The notes: a model not told the origin generated them from the letters alone. Positions 18,501-27,824 are shown, numbered from the stretch's first letter. The stretch is 64,000 nt of DNA from Chlorobiota bacterium (GCA_039630485.1 JBCNUX010000003.1:2509-66508), one strand, 5' to 3'. A program made the numbers and translations.

Positions 18501-19777
18501 TCCCGCTGGCGTCCAATCCCGACGAGCTCCAGCCGACGTACCGCGCCGTCCGCGAAGGTCGCCACCAACTGGGCACGATGCACCCCAGCCCGCGTAGGCT
18601 CAAACTGTAGAGGTATTGCCGTCCATGAGCACGATGCCAGAACAGCGTTCGGAGGGAAGTTCCCTAACCGGAATGCAGTGGCGTCTGCCCCAGTAATGCC
18701 GAGGGTGACGGAGCTCTGCGTGAACGAGCGATTCTCTAGCCGCACGACGCGCTCGACACTACCCGGGATGCAGACGTCGGGGAAGATGAGAGTGTCGCGT
18801 TCAAAGCGACGCTCTGGAGGACCATGGCGCCAGACGCCCTGCCCAACGACCCAGCCGAGCGTGTCGTTGACAAACCAGATGTCGTCTAGGTGCAGTGTGG
18901 TGTCAATTCCGCAGTTGCGGAGCTGCCATGTCTGCCCACCATCGGAAGTGTAGTAGACCGCCCCGTTGTATCCACATGCCCAGCCGGTTGTAGCGTTGAG
19001 CAGGAAGGCCCCGAACATCGGTCGGCCCGTAGAGAATTCCCTCCATGTCGCGCCGCCGTCTGTAGAGAACCGCATGCCGCCGGCATTCCCCTGACCGCTG
19101 CAGGTGACTCCGGCGAACGGCAGGAGGAAAGAGTTGCCGACGTGGGTAATCTCTTCCTGCCACACGGCCGAGCCAGAAGAGGCAAAGACAGCCCAACTCT
19201 GCCCGCTGTTCGTTGTGCGCCAGAGGCGGCCGCTACTGACGGCGTAACCTGTGCCGTCGGAGTAGAGCAACAGGTCTGTCAGACCACTGTTTGGCTCTGT
19301 GCCTGTGAAGAAGCTCCAGGTAGCCCCACTGTCCGTACTGCGGAAGAAGCGCTGTGGCGTGCTACCGCAGCCACCCCCGATGACCATCACGAGCGTTGGG
19401 CTGAGGGCGTAGCAGCCCCAGAGGACGAAAGCGCTATCGGGAGTTACTTCCGTCCATGTGGTCCCCCCGTCGGTGGTACGCCAAATCCCATCGGGACCGG
19501 AGGTGTAGCCAAGATTGGGGTTGACGAAGTGGATGCTCTCCAACTGGTTGGCTCCTGGGATCTGCGTTCCCTGCCATGACTGACCACCGTTCGTGGTGCG
19601 GATGACCATCCCATTGAAGCCGCAGATCCAGCCGTACTGCGGGTTGGAGGGCAGGAAGAAGACATCCAGCCAGTAGTTGCTGCTGTACGGGGCTGGGATT
19701 GAGGTGACTTTGTGCCACTGCTGTGCTGTGACAACGAGCGGGAGAACTGGGATAAGCACAAGCCAGCGCACGGACAT
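15566..19777 (-). CDS. 1403-aa secreted protein: BNR/Ycf48-like propeller + multiple Ig-like (ASH/PapD-like) repeats + T9SS C-terminal sorting domain
   Basis: Signal peptide MSVRWLVLIPVLPLVVTAQ. Six S/TxDGGxxW-type repeats (TTNGGQSW, TTDGGTTW, STDSGATW, TTNSGQSW, STDGGATW, TSDGGQTW), then a long beta-rich repeat region. C-terminus …LASGFYVLTVCSADGSTVERFLV. Confidence 0.8.
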   Translation of the reverse strand: MSVRWLVLIPVLPLVVTAQQWHKVTSIPAPYSSNYWLDVFFLPSNPQYGWICGFNGMVIRTTNGGQSWQGTQIPGANQLESIHFVNPNLGYTSGPDGIWRTTDGGTTWTEVTPDSAFVLWGCYALSPTLVMVIGGGCGSTPQRFFRSTDSGATWSFFTGTEPNSGLTDLLLYSDGTGYAVSSGRLWRTTNSGQSWAVFASSGSAVWQEEITHVGNSFLLPFAGVTCSGQGNAGGMRFSTDGGATWREFSTGRPMFGAFLLNATTGWACGYNGAVYYTSDGGQTWQLRNCGIDTTLHLDDIWFVNDTLGWVVGQGVWRHGPPERRFERDTLIFPDVCIPGSVERVVRLENRSFTQSSVTLGITGADATAFRLGNFPPNAVLASCSWTAIPLQFEPTRAGVHRAQLVATFADGAVRRLELVGIGRQRDGFPERDTLVVAAAPCGVRTTAQLPWRSRDSAAIVRIDWIGGDPNIRPESPPPLPIPRQGATLSFSILPTDTGWTEARFRVRLQPCTHDTTIVVRAYGISPILTAPTVRTYPLRCQLSQVDSIPIANTGNDTLRIPRLWIEQSPVGTITVLGWSSGRSFPTHIPPRRADTLLLLLQPSSEGTFTATVWLENNDSTKARGQKNPFRIELSGEARRTAIVSQLQSYDFGRVCVGTSREIRLRLENRGTLTAFLSQPRVAPPFAAELEDRRNPPLILGMDSVGLRIRFSPAWEGSFADTVLITATPCGERIAIAVRGEGIRAAGQFLAGRLQRQIPAAKADTLRTPLAAVGSAHLRLDRYRWDPPAPSWLRILEPPVGTWVQSGTQQEIALQLLPTDTAVRYSGTLCVESDAECPTTTCIPVEIVRPRSRLRVELGTSPEWRRLCTPLDTVVTLLWIGNTDPHLPETLGLVRSVWIEPPTPAFELTGLPPLPFVVRAGELLPIRLRIQTPVEGRFTAELVLIAESSGDSLVLRYPVAAEFYRSILQLSPPLPPDTLTAEVCETERTLALPVYNGGMLTDTVLAELTPSVPALQLQSPARFALPGKGRDTILLRLSPERLREGANHFTLRLRSLACPSELQWSVTVIGVRPQLTVTPLAQDFGSIWVGESRVDTVVLRNPSPVDVQIEAVWIEPADAGFAVEGVPPLPLLLPAGQSLALPVRFTAVQPGSWQATLRVRARSVCEVTVSGELRAVVPIEVYTLQLWIDRHAAHPGDTISIPLWLQGPTQRAMAQQLEIELRFDPALFFPLEVSTEAGRAPSSYDGAGRLHCTVNVPPLPDASTSRPIARLVGVALASLPSETPIHFADVRVTAQKQTSVETRDGLLMVLFCGLGRFGIRAAPWATVKVAADGLHIQLYSPTRELWDLRLNTPDGRQCWHSRELVNGSHTVIVPTQTLASGFYVLTVCSADGSTVERFLVPWFR

Positions 19778-19836
19778 TGCTTAGGCCCTTCGGCACCGTT
19801 TTTCTGCAAAATACGCCAGTGGCGCTATATAGGCAG

Positions 19837-21516
19837 CTATGCCCTCTGTCCCGTCGGTGAGAAAAGCTGCTGGAGGCGACGTTCCATGAGCGCCATCAGC
19901 ACCGCTCTGCAGAGCTCGCCAACGGGTGCTGTTGCTGGGCATGAGAGCCGGTCACCCGGCGGGAGCTCCTCTGGAGGTTCGTAGCGGGGTGCTAAGCGCT
20001 CAAGTTCCCGAGGGCCTGCGTCGGAGTCGGTCGGAGTACCCCGGCGTTCTGCAACCCGTTGGCGGAGTACCTCCATCGGGGCTGTAAGCTCAACGAAGAT
20101 CGTTGGAACCCCACTTTGGCTGGCTTTGCGGCGGAAGCTATCCCGTAGGGAGCGTCGGGCAAACGTGGCGTCTACGATGGCGCCGCCGTGGAGGTGGAGG
20201 AGATCGCTAGCGCTCTGCCACAGTTGCTGGTATGTTCGGTGAGTCATTGGCGGAGAGTAGAGCCATGGTCGCAGCCACTCTGGACTAGGCTCCGAGGCAG
20301 GGAGTCCTGCTAAGGTCTTGCGGATTGTGTCAGAGCTGACCACATGCCATCCCAGTTCCTGGGCAATGCTCCGGGCTAAGGTCGTCTTACCGGAGCCAAT
20401 TGGCCCCATGATGACGAGGATGATTGGCTCTGAGCCGATGGTGGCGTATCGGAGTGCAAGCTGGAAGTAGCGTCGGGCTCGGTCGTAGGCGTTGGCCCGC
20501 TCATGTTCGGGTACCTCCGGAGATGCTCCCCGTAAGCTCTCCACCTTACCTCGCACGTAGGCGCGGTAGCACTTGTAGAAGTCCGCCAGCAGCCGGAGCT
20601 CGGGGTCCTGTAGGAGGGTCGCTGCTGTCTCCACGGCGACTTTGCTGAGGGCAGGGTAGCCGTAGAAGTCCAGGTCCATCGCCAAGAAGGCGATGTCGTT
20701 AGCGACATCAATGCAGCGGAAGCGCTCGTTGAACTCGATGCAATCGTAGATGAGGATGCGCCGCGGGGTGTAGGCGATATGCTCGCTGTGGAGGTCGCCG
20801 TGGCACTCTAGAATCCGCTTCTGCTCCAGGCGGCGCTGGAAGAGCTCGGCCGCTTCGTTGTAGACCCTCTCGGTGTAGTGGCGGACGAGCTCGTAGGCAA
20901 GCGCAGAAATAGTCGTTCCAACAAAGGGCTGGGTCTGCTCGAAGTTTTCGTCCGTGCTAATCCGGAGCCGCTCGGGACTACCCCAGGAGAGGACTTCCGG
21001 GCTTGGCTCTTGGCCTGCGTAGAGGTGGGTTACGAGGTGGCGGACGATGCGGCGAATGTCTTCTGGACGAACGGTAGGACGCCGCCGTTGAAGGCGGTGG
21101 CGAAGCACCCACTCTTCGGGAATGTAGCGCATCACGAGAGCGTGTTCTACAGCGGAACCGCGTCCACCGAACCGGAGGTGCCCTGCTGGTGTCCGCGTAA
21201 TGGGGAGGATCCGGCGGTAGATGCCTGGAGCTAATCGGCGGTTGAGCTCCAGCTCCCGCTGGAGGAAGTAGTAGCGGCGTTCGGCAGTGGAGTAGTCCAA
21301 GAATCCGAGGTTGACGGGCTTCTTGACCTTGTACACCCACGGTGGGATGAGGGCGACGTACGATGCATGCGTCTGGACGAGCCGAACGGTTGAAGGTCGG
21401 TGAGGATACGATGCTGGATCGCTGAGGAAGGCCAGGAGCTCTGACGGAGAAATCGAGGAGCCGACGAGGGACCTCTCCGTCTGGGAGTCAGGGTGAACCT
21501 CACGCTGATGAGGCAT
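19837..21516 (-). CDS. bifunctional aminoglycoside-phosphotransferase-like kinase fold / P-loop ATP-binding protein
   Basis: The N-terminal ~340 aa are APH/choline-kinase-like (…HGDLHSEHI…YDCIEFN…). The C-terminal part carries the Walker A GPIGSGKTT and a small-kinase-like domain. Confidence 0.7.
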   Translation of the reverse strand: MPHQREVHPDSQTERSLVGSSISPSELLAFLSDPASYPHRPSTVRLVQTHASYVALIPPWVYKVKKPVNLGFLDYSTAERRYYFLQRELELNRRLAPGIYRRILPITRTPAGHLRFGGRGSAVEHALVMRYIPEEWVLRHRLQRRRPTVRPEDIRRIVRHLVTHLYAGQEPSPEVLSWGSPERLRISTDENFEQTQPFVGTTISALAYELVRHYTERVYNEAAELFQRRLEQKRILECHGDLHSEHIAYTPRRILIYDCIEFNERFRCIDVANDIAFLAMDLDFYGYPALSKVAVETAATLLQDPELRLLADFYKCYRAYVRGKVESLRGASPEVPEHERANAYDRARRYFQLALRYATIGSEPIILVIMGPIGSGKTTLARSIAQELGWHVVSSDTIRKTLAGLPASEPSPEWLRPWLYSPPMTHRTYQQLWQSASDLLHLHGGAIVDATFARRSLRDSFRRKASQSGVPTIFVELTAPMEVLRQRVAERRGTPTDSDAGPRELERLAPRYEPPEELPPGDRLSCPATAPVGELCRAVLMALMERRLQQLFSPTGQRA

Positions 21517-22246
21517 CCGCTGATGTGTCTGCTGGTGTCTCAGCTACGGGGCGGAAACGGTAGCCGAGGTTCTTGACGGTCTCCAGGAGCTCGGCGTAGT
21601 GCCGAAGTTTGGCGCGGATCTTTGCTACGTGGACATCTATAGTCCGAGGAGTCACTACCTGGCTCTCGCCCCAGATGAGGCGTAGCAGCTCTTGTCGCGA
21701 GAAGACGCGGCCAGGGTTGGCTGCCAAGAGAGCTAGGAGTTCAAACTCCTTGCGGGCAAAGAAGACTTCGCGCCCTTCGTAGCGGGCACTGTAGCTGGCG
21801 CGGCGCAGCTCCAAGCCGCCAACACGGATGACTTCGGGCGCCACCAGGACTTCTGTGCGAGTCCGTTCGCGGAGGCGCCGCATGATGGCGCTGATTCGAG
21901 CGACGAGTAGGCGTGGGCTGATTGGCTTGACGATGTAGTCGTCTGCGCCGAGCTCTAAGCCCACGATCTGGTCTACTTCGTCCGAGCGTGCCGTCAGGAA
22001 GAGCACCGGAATGGAAGCAGTTTCCGGCAACTGCCGCAGTCGGCGATAGACCTCAAACCCATCTATGCCGGGCATTATGATGTCCAAGACGATGAGATCG
22101 GGACGCACTTGCCGTGCTAACTCTATCGCACGTTCACCGTCATGGGCCACAATTGTATTCCACCCCTGCCGCCGGAAAGTGTAGGCCAGGAGTTCCGTGA
22201 TGTCCCGCTCGTCGTCAACGACCAGGATCACCGGAGGTTCGTTCAT
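21500..22246 (-). CDS. OmpR/PhoB-family response regulator
   Basis: Receiver domain (ILVVDDERD…DLIVLDIIMPGIDG…) plus a winged-helix output domain (…RTIDVHVAKIRAKL…GYRF). Confidence 0.9.
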   Translation of the reverse strand: MNEPPVILVVDDERDITELLAYTFRRQGWNTIVAHDGERAIELARQVRPDLIVLDIIMPGIDGFEVYRRLRQLPETASIPVLFLTARSDEVDQIVGLELGADDYIVKPISPRLLVARISAIMRRLRERTRTEVLVAPEVIRVGGLELRRASYSARYEGREVFFARKEFELLALLAANPGRVFSRQELLRLIWGESQVVTPRTIDVHVAKIRAKLRHYAELLETVKNLGYRFRPVAETPADTSADASSA

Positions 22247-22275
22247 GGATGGGGGCTTTCACGCCCAACAGGACT

Positions 22276-22917
22276 TCACCCTTGCAGGCTCCGCAATACG
22301 TACGTGCGGTAGAGCTCGTTGATCCGACCCCAGTGCAGGTTCGCCAGGAAATTATCCACGTAGCGAGCGCGAGCGGGACCATCCTTGTGGTAGTATGCAT
22401 GCTCGAAGACATCGCAGGCAATCAGCGGGATGCCGCCCCAAATGGCGCCATAGTGGTGCTCATCCACCAGGACATTGAGGAGACGACCGCTGTAGAGCTG
22501 GTCGTAAACCAGCAGTGCCCATCCCGAGAGCTTGGCTGACAGTGCCGTTGCCTTAAAGTCTGCTTTCCACGCCTCGAGGCTCCCGAATTCGCGCTCTATG
22601 GCAGCCACGACATCGGGGCCTTTGCTAGGGTCGCCGTCTCCGCCGAGAACTTTCCAGTAGATGTCGTGCAGCAACGCACCGGCGTGGTTCCAAGTGAAGC
22701 GACGCTTCAACTCGCCGATATGGGACCAATTCCCATTAGCTGCTGAGCGGTCAGCCTTCTCTAGCTCCTCCTCTATCCGGTTCAGTGCTGTCACGTAGCC
22801 CTTGTGGTGAGTGTTGTAGTGCCAATCGGCCGTCTCTGGGGAGATGACCTGCTTGAGCAGCTCGGCTGCTTCCTCGTCCGAATACGGTCGGGGGTTGAAT
22901 TTCCACTGGTAGGGCAT
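22276..22917 (-). CDS. Fe/Mn-family superoxide dismutase
   Basis: HYNTHHKGYV and DVFEHAYY metal-ligand motifs. Metal specificity cannot be called by eye. Confidence 0.9.
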   Translation of the reverse strand: MPYQWKFNPRPYSDEEAAELLKQVISPETADWHYNTHHKGYVTALNRIEEELEKADRSAANGNWSHIGELKRRFTWNHAGALLHDIYWKVLGGDGDPSKGPDVVAAIEREFGSLEAWKADFKATALSAKLSGWALLVYDQLYSGRLLNVLVDEHHYGAIWGGIPLIACDVFEHAYYHKDGPARARYVDNFLANLHWGRINELYRTYVLRSLQG

Positions 22918-22946
22918 GGCTTCTCAGGCTTGGAATGTGGGACAGA

Positions 22947-23333
22947 CTACACGCCGAAAGAATGACCACAGCCGCAGGTGCGGGTCGCATTCGGATTGCG
23001 GAAGGTAAAGCCGCGCTGCATGAGTCCGTCGGCGAAGTCCAGCGTGCAGCCCATGAGGTAGAAGGCACTACGCTGGTCAATGAAGACCGGGATACCGTCA
23101 GCCTCTAGGATGAAGTCATTGTCGCGGGGGCGCTCGTCAAAGCCCAACACGTACGAAAAGCCCGCACATCCGCCACCACGGACCCCCATCCGCAGCCCGT
23201 AGTGCTCAGGGATCTGGTGCTCGCGCCGAATCCGGTGCAGTTCTTCTAGAGCGCGGGCGGTAATGGTGATCGCGTCTTCCTCGTTAGCGCCCTCGATTGC
23301 AAGGGCTAGCCGCACGTCCGTCGCCGTTGTCAT
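22947..23333 (-). CDS. sufA: HesB/IscA-type A-type Fe-S cluster carrier
   Basis: GGGCAGFSY and C-terminal CGCGHSF cysteine motifs. The ATG at 23333 overlaps the Rrf2 stop (ATGA), so the longer ORF to 23435 was rejected. Confidence 0.85.
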   Translation of the reverse strand: MTTATDVRLALAIEGANEEDAITITARALEELHRIRREHQIPEHYGLRMGVRGGGCAGFSYVLGFDERPRDNDFILEADGIPVFIDQRSAFYLMGCTLDFADGLMQRGFTFRNPNATRTCGCGHSFGV

Positions 23334-23749
23334 AGCTCTGCCTGCGAGTATCCAACCAACTCCGCAAGTGTCATGGATGCCAGGAGATCGTGGAGCCGGT
23401 GCTCTAAGACGGCCAGAGGATGCCGGATCGTGCATTGAGGGAAGATGTGGCAGCGGTGCTCGTCACCACGGCATTCTACTAGTCCGCCCCATTCTCCCTC
23501 CACGGCATCAATGACCATTGCCAGCGTAATCATCTCTGGGGGCTGTAGGAGCGAATAGCCGCCGTGAACACCGTGGTGGGCGCGAATGAGCCCAGCACGG
23601 CTGAGTTGTTGGAGGACTTTGGCGAGGAACTCGCTCGAGAGGTTGTAAGCGTGGGCTATTTCCCGAGCAGTCACAATGCCCGGGTGTCGAGCTAAGTGGT
23701 ATAGGGCCAAGAGGGCGTATTCCACGCGGCGGGAGAGCCTCAGCATCAC
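23330..23749 (-). CDS. Rrf2-family transcriptional regulator
   Basis: MLRLSRRVEYALLALYHLAR…REIA…FLAKVLQQLSRAGLI…HGGYSL. The winged-HTH is typical of IscR/Rrf2, and the C-terminal half contains Cys residues. Confidence 0.85.
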   Translation of the reverse strand: MMLRLSRRVEYALLALYHLARHPGIVTAREIAHAYNLSSEFLAKVLQQLSRAGLIRAHHGVHGGYSLLQPPEMITLAMVIDAVEGEWGGLVECRGDEHRCHIFPQCTIRHPLAVLEHRLHDLLASMTLAELVGYSQAEL

Positions 23750-24111
23750 TGGTCGTAGTCTACTACAATCCGGTCAGTGAGTGGGAGGGACTGACATGTC
23801 AAGATGTAGCCTTGTGCTACCTCCTCCTCTGTCAGCGCATCGTTGATCTCCATCCGCACTTGCCCTTCGACTAGCTTTGCTCGACAGGTAGCACAGTAGC
23901 CGCTGAGGCATGAATGGGGGGCATCCAGTCCCGCCTCTATGGCAGCGTAGAGAACGTACTCGGTTGGTTTCATGGTGAAGGTGTGCGTCTCGCCATACAG
24001 TCGGACGGTTACCTGGACTGCTCCGTCCGGACCAGTCGTTGGCTGCGCTGTGTTGGCAGGGTGTTCACCTGGTGTTGGTGTTATCTCTGCCATTCTCTTG
24101 CGAAGACTCAA
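23746..24111 (-). CDS. plant-type [2Fe-2S] ferredoxin
   Basis: CLSGYCATCRAKL…LTCQ, i.e. the Cx4Cx2C…C cluster ligand pattern. Confidence 0.85.
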   Translation of the reverse strand: MSLRKRMAEITPTPGEHPANTAQPTTGPDGAVQVTVRLYGETHTFTMKPTEYVLYAAIEAGLDAPHSCLSGYCATCRAKLVEGQVRMEINDALTEEEVAQGYILTCQSLPLTDRIVVDYDQ

Positions 24112-24114
24112 CTC

Positions 24115-24819
24115 TCACATCAAGCCGAGCTGTAGTCGAGCGGCCTCTGACATCATGCCCATGTGCCATGGAGGGTCGAACGTGATCTCAACGCGCACGT
24201 CCTTCACCCCCGGAACCTGACGGACAGCATCCTCTACCTGTCGCGGTAGCAGGTCTGCTACGGGACATGCTGGGGTCGTCACTGTCATCACGATGCGCAC
24301 GTTCTGCTCAGGGTCGATTTTGATCTCGTAGACCAACCCCAGGTCCCAGATGTTGACGGGGATTTCGGGGTCGTAGCACGTCTTGAGGGCTTCGATGATA
24401 CGGGCACGTAGCTCTCCGTCTGGCGTAGTGTCAGAGGCCTGTGACTGCGGCTGCTGTGGCTCTCGGAAGAGGAATCCACGACCGCTGGGGCCTTCGGTGT
24501 AATCGAGCGTGATCCCCATTAGGTAGAAGATGCTGCGGGCGTCTGCGACGAACCGCAGGTCCTCCACGGGGAAGGCATAATCTTCTGGACGGACCTGGGC
24601 ATCGAAGCCGAGAGTGTAGGGGATACGGCGCTGAGGGGGTCCCGTCCGGATTCCAAGCCTGACGACATAGTGATCAGGCAGATGATTGAGCTCACGGAGC
24701 TGGCGGAGGGCCATGAGTGCCTGTTCGGTGATGTAGATGTCGTCGCTGGGTTCTGCACCCTCGATGACGTGGTGAATCGGGAGGGAGTAGACCCGTTGCT
24801 CGGTCGCAGTTGCACTCAT
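24115..24819 (-). CDS. fusion protein: Cys-less IscA/HesB-like domain + DUF59 (SufT-like) Fe-S assembly domain
   Basis: The N-terminal 120 aa align with the 22947-23333 product but lack all cluster cysteines. The C-terminal ~100 aa (…CYDPEIPVNIWDLGLVY…VTTPACP…) is a DUF59/SufT-type domain. Confidence 0.75.
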   Translation of the reverse strand: MSATATEQRVYSLPIHHVIEGAEPSDDIYITEQALMALRQLRELNHLPDHYVVRLGIRTGPPQRRIPYTLGFDAQVRPEDYAFPVEDLRFVADARSIFYLMGITLDYTEGPSGRGFLFREPQQPQSQASDTTPDGELRARIIEALKTCYDPEIPVNIWDLGLVYEIKIDPEQNVRIVMTVTTPACPVADLLPRQVEDAVRQVPGVKDVRVEITFDPPWHMGMMSEAARLQLGLM

Positions 24820-24822
24820 GCC

Positions 24823-25269
24823 TTACTCTGTCGTGATAGCTTCGGGGACATTTCGTAGTGCTGCCCGCAGGGTGTGCCACGCGAGAGTGGCGCACTTCAC
24901 GCGTGAGGGAAATTCGCGAACGCCAGCGAAGGCTGCAAGCGAACCCAGGGCTTGGAGATCTGGGACTGTTTCGCCAGCAACAACGGCATGGAACAGCTCG
25001 AAGAGTCGTTCTGCCTCCTCTACTGTCTTACCCTTGACAACTGTCGTCATCACCGAAGCCGAGGCCTGGGAGATCGCGCAGCCATTTCCTTTGAAGCGAA
25101 TCTCCTCAATCTTGCCGTCCACGATGCGGAGAGCCACTGTGATGTGGTCGCCGCAGAGGGGGTTGTCTCCTTCAGCCCTGTGGGTAGCTCCGGGCAAATC
25201 TCCGGCATTGCGCGGGTTTCGGTAGTGCTCTAAGATGATCTGCTGGTACAGTTCGCGCAGCTCATCCAT
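24823..25269 (-). CDS. sufU: SUF-system NifU/IscU-like scaffold/sulfur acceptor
   Basis: [10 protein letters not shown]…NPLCGD…[12 protein letters not shown]…RVKCATLAW are SufU-type motifs. The ATG at 25269 was chosen. Confidence 0.85.
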   Translation of the reverse strand: MDELRELYQQIILEHYRNPRNAGDLPGATHRAEGDNPLCGDHITVALRIVDGKIEEIRFKGNGCAISQASASVMTTVVKGKTVEEAERLFELFHAVVAGETVPDLQALGSLAAFAGVREFPSRVKCATLAWHTLRAALRNVPEAITTE

Positions 25270-26524
25270 GGTTGCTCCCGAAGAATGCAATTGCCTTCCG
25301 CAGTGCTGTCACGAAGCGGTCAATCTCTGCCTGCGTATTGTAGAGGGCGAATGAGGCCCGAGCAGTAGCGGGGACTCCGAAGAAGTCCATGACAGGCTGT
25401 GTACAGTGATGGCCAACGCGGATGGCAATCCCCTCTCGGTCTACGAAGGTGCCAAGATCGTGAGGATGGATGCCATCTACGACGAACGAGACAATTGCTG
25501 CTTTGTTTGGGGCTGTCCCGATGAGGCGAAGTTCGGGGATCTGCTGGAGCTGCTCGGTAGCATAGTCCAGCAGCGCTTGCTCGTGAGCAGAGATAGCTTC
25601 CATGCCTACGGCTTCGACGTACTCCAGCGCCGCTTTCAGGCCGATCGCTCCGGCGATGTTGGGGGTGCCGGCTTCGAACTTGTGGGGGACATCGTTGTAT
25701 GTGGTGCGCTCAAAGGTCACGCGCCGTATCATATCGCCGCCACCTTGGTACGGTGGGAATGCCTCCAGCCACTGGCGCTTTGCGTAGAGGACACCGATGC
25801 CAGTAGGGCCGTAGACTTTGTGCCCTGAGAAGACGTAGAAGTCACAATCGAGCTCCTGGACATTGACCCGCATGTGGGCTACGGCTTGGGCACCATCGAG
25901 CAGCACAGGAATTCCTCGCGCATGGGCCATGCGGATGATTTCGTGGACGGGATTGATCGTGCCCAGGGAGTTGGATACGTGCACAACGGCTACGATTGCT
26001 GTCCGCTCTGTCAGCAGGCGCTCATAGGCTTCCAGGTCGAGCTCTCCTTGCTCGGTGATGGGAATGACGCGTAGCCGGGCCCCTGTCTGTTCAGCAGCGA
26101 GCTGCCACGGCACAATGTTGGAGTGGTGCTCCATGTGGGAGAGCACAATTTCCGACCCTTCCCGGAGGCGGATTCTCCCGAAAGCATGAGCAACCAGGTT
26201 GAGCGCTTCGGTAGTGCCGCGGACGAAGACGATCTCTTTTGGAGAAGCTGCTTGGATAAAGCGCTGGACGGTGCAGCGGGCCTCTTCATAAAGCTCCGTA
26301 GCCTGCTCGCTCAGGTAGTAGACCCCTCGATGGACATTGCTGTTGAGTTCGGCGTAGAAGCGCTGAGTCGCTTCCAGAACGATCCGCGGCTTCTGTGTCG
26401 TAGCGGCGTTGTCCAGGTACACCAACGGCTTTCCGTAGACGGTGCGCAGAAGGATCGGGAAGTCCTCACGCCAGCGAGCAACAAGCTCTTCGGAGATGCC
26501 GGTGGGGAGCGGTTCTACGTTCAT
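25262..26524 (-). CDS. sufS: cysteine desulfurase SufS
   Basis: Group II desulfurase motifs: [36 protein letters not shown]. The ATG at 26524 overlaps the sufD stop (ATGA). Confidence 0.92.
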   Translation of the reverse strand: MNVEPLPTGISEELVARWREDFPILLRTVYGKPLVYLDNAATTQKPRIVLEATQRFYAELNSNVHRGVYYLSEQATELYEEARCTVQRFIQAASPKEIVFVRGTTEALNLVAHAFGRIRLREGSEIVLSHMEHHSNIVPWQLAAEQTGARLRVIPITEQGELDLEAYERLLTERTAIVAVVHVSNSLGTINPVHEIIRMAHARGIPVLLDGAQAVAHMRVNVQELDCDFYVFSGHKVYGPTGIGVLYAKRQWLEAFPPYQGGGDMIRRVTFERTTYNDVPHKFEAGTPNIAGAIGLKAALEYVEAVGMEAISAHEQALLDYATEQLQQIPELRLIGTAPNKAAIVSFVVDGIHPHDLGTFVDREGIAIRVGHHCTQPVMDFFGVPATARASFALYNTQAEIDRFVTALRKAIAFFGSNHG

Positions 26525-27822
26525 GGGGTCACCTCTGCAGTGTGATGAGCCCATTCCTCGAGTACTGCCTCTGCTCGGCTCCGCACGACTTCGTCGGGCA
26601 GCAAGGAGATTGCTTCTGCCAGGAAGGCCTGGAGCAGAAGCGCTTGGGCCTCGGCGTGCGGGATTCCGCGGCAGCGGAGGTAGAAGAGGGCCTCTTCGTC
26701 CAGGCTGCCGGTTGTAGCTCCGTGGGTACAGCGGACGTCGTCAGCGTAGATCTCTAACTGTGGCCGTGCATTGACGGTAGCCTTCTCTGAGAGTAGCACG
26801 GCTCGGTGGGACTGGTAGGCATTCGTCTTTTGGGCCCCTGGGTATACGTGGATTCGTCCTGAGAAGGTGATGGTCCCTTGGTCGTCGGCTACGGACTTGT
26901 AGAGCTGATTGCTGGTGCACTGCTCTACCCGATGTTCCACCAGCGTGCGATGATCAATGATCTGCTGTCCTTCGACCATCATTGCGCCAAAGAGCTGGGC
27001 ATCAGCACCAGAGCCGGCGAGGCGAATATACAGATTGTTGCGTGTCACCGCCCCGCCCAGGGCCACGTGCCAGACGCCCAAGCGGGCATGCTGTTCCAGT
27101 AGGGCACTGAAGGTCGTAATGAGGTATGCTGGCGTGGTGTCGGTCTCCCAGACGACGAGCTCCAAGTGAGCACCTGGACCCACCAACAGCTCAGCGGCAG
27201 CATTCGTCAGGCTGGGGTGCGCGCCCAAGCTATGGAAGCTCACCAGGACACGTCGGTGAGCATTGGGTTCTATGCGTAGCCACAGCCGAGGGTGTGCAAG
27301 CTGCGGCTCAGTTTCTGCCGTTGTCACGATGGCAACGTGGAGTACCTCATCAGGCGAGTCCCCTGAAAGGCTCACGAATGCTGCATCGGGAGCAAAGGCT
27401 GTGTTGAGGGCTACGAAGGCCTCGTCCTCGAGTGGCAGAAGGCTACCGAAGGAGGGAGGGCCTTCCGAATTCTGCAGGAAGCTCCAGCACTGCCCCTGCT
27501 CGGGCAGCCTGGCGACTACCGGGAGACCGTTGAGGAGCCACACGTGGGGCATGGGGAGTCCTTCAAGGGCAGGAAGCCAGTGGAGGAGAGCAGTCGGTTC
27601 CGGAAGTGGCGGGGGGATAAGCCGGTATGCCGGGCGTAGTAGTGGTGCAATACTGGTGTATTTCCAGTCCTCGTGTCGTGTTGTCGGGAAGCCAAGGCGC
27701 TGGAAAGCTGCTATTGCCCGGTGGCGCAGGGGATGTTGCGGAGACCAGGGTAGGTTGTCGCCATCGTGTTGCCAGCGGTGGAAAGTCTCCACCAGGCGTG
27801 TCTGGAGATCGTGTGATGCCAT
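26521..27822 (-). CDS. sufD: Fe-S cluster assembly protein SufD
   Basis: 433 aa between sufC and sufS. The C-terminal beta-helix region (…[27 protein letters not shown]…) is the SufB/D family signature. Confidence 0.88.
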   Translation of the reverse strand: MASHDLQTRLVETFHRWQHDGDNLPWSPQHPLRHRAIAAFQRLGFPTTRHEDWKYTSIAPLLRPAYRLIPPPLPEPTALLHWLPALEGLPMPHVWLLNGLPVVARLPEQGQCWSFLQNSEGPPSFGSLLPLEDEAFVALNTAFAPDAAFVSLSGDSPDEVLHVAIVTTAETEPQLAHPRLWLRIEPNAHRRVLVSFHSLGAHPSLTNAAAELLVGPGAHLELVVWETDTTPAYLITTFSALLEQHARLGVWHVALGGAVTRNNLYIRLAGSGADAQLFGAMMVEGQQIIDHRTLVEHRVEQCTSNQLYKSVADDQGTITFSGRIHVYPGAQKTNAYQSHRAVLLSEKATVNARPQLEIYADDVRCTHGATTGSLDEEALFYLRCRGIPHAEAQALLLQAFLAEAISLLPDEVVRSRAEAVLEEWAHHTAEVTP

Positions 27823-27824
27823 GC

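Noticed and set aside
19778-19836. A short hairpin (GCGCC-ACT-GGCGT) followed by ATTTTG, as a terminator for the kinase-like gene.
   Set aside because: The stem is only 4-5 bp. The T-run coincides with a near-consensus promoter box (TATTTTGC) for the giant T9SS gene, so the signal is ambiguous and too weak to annotate.
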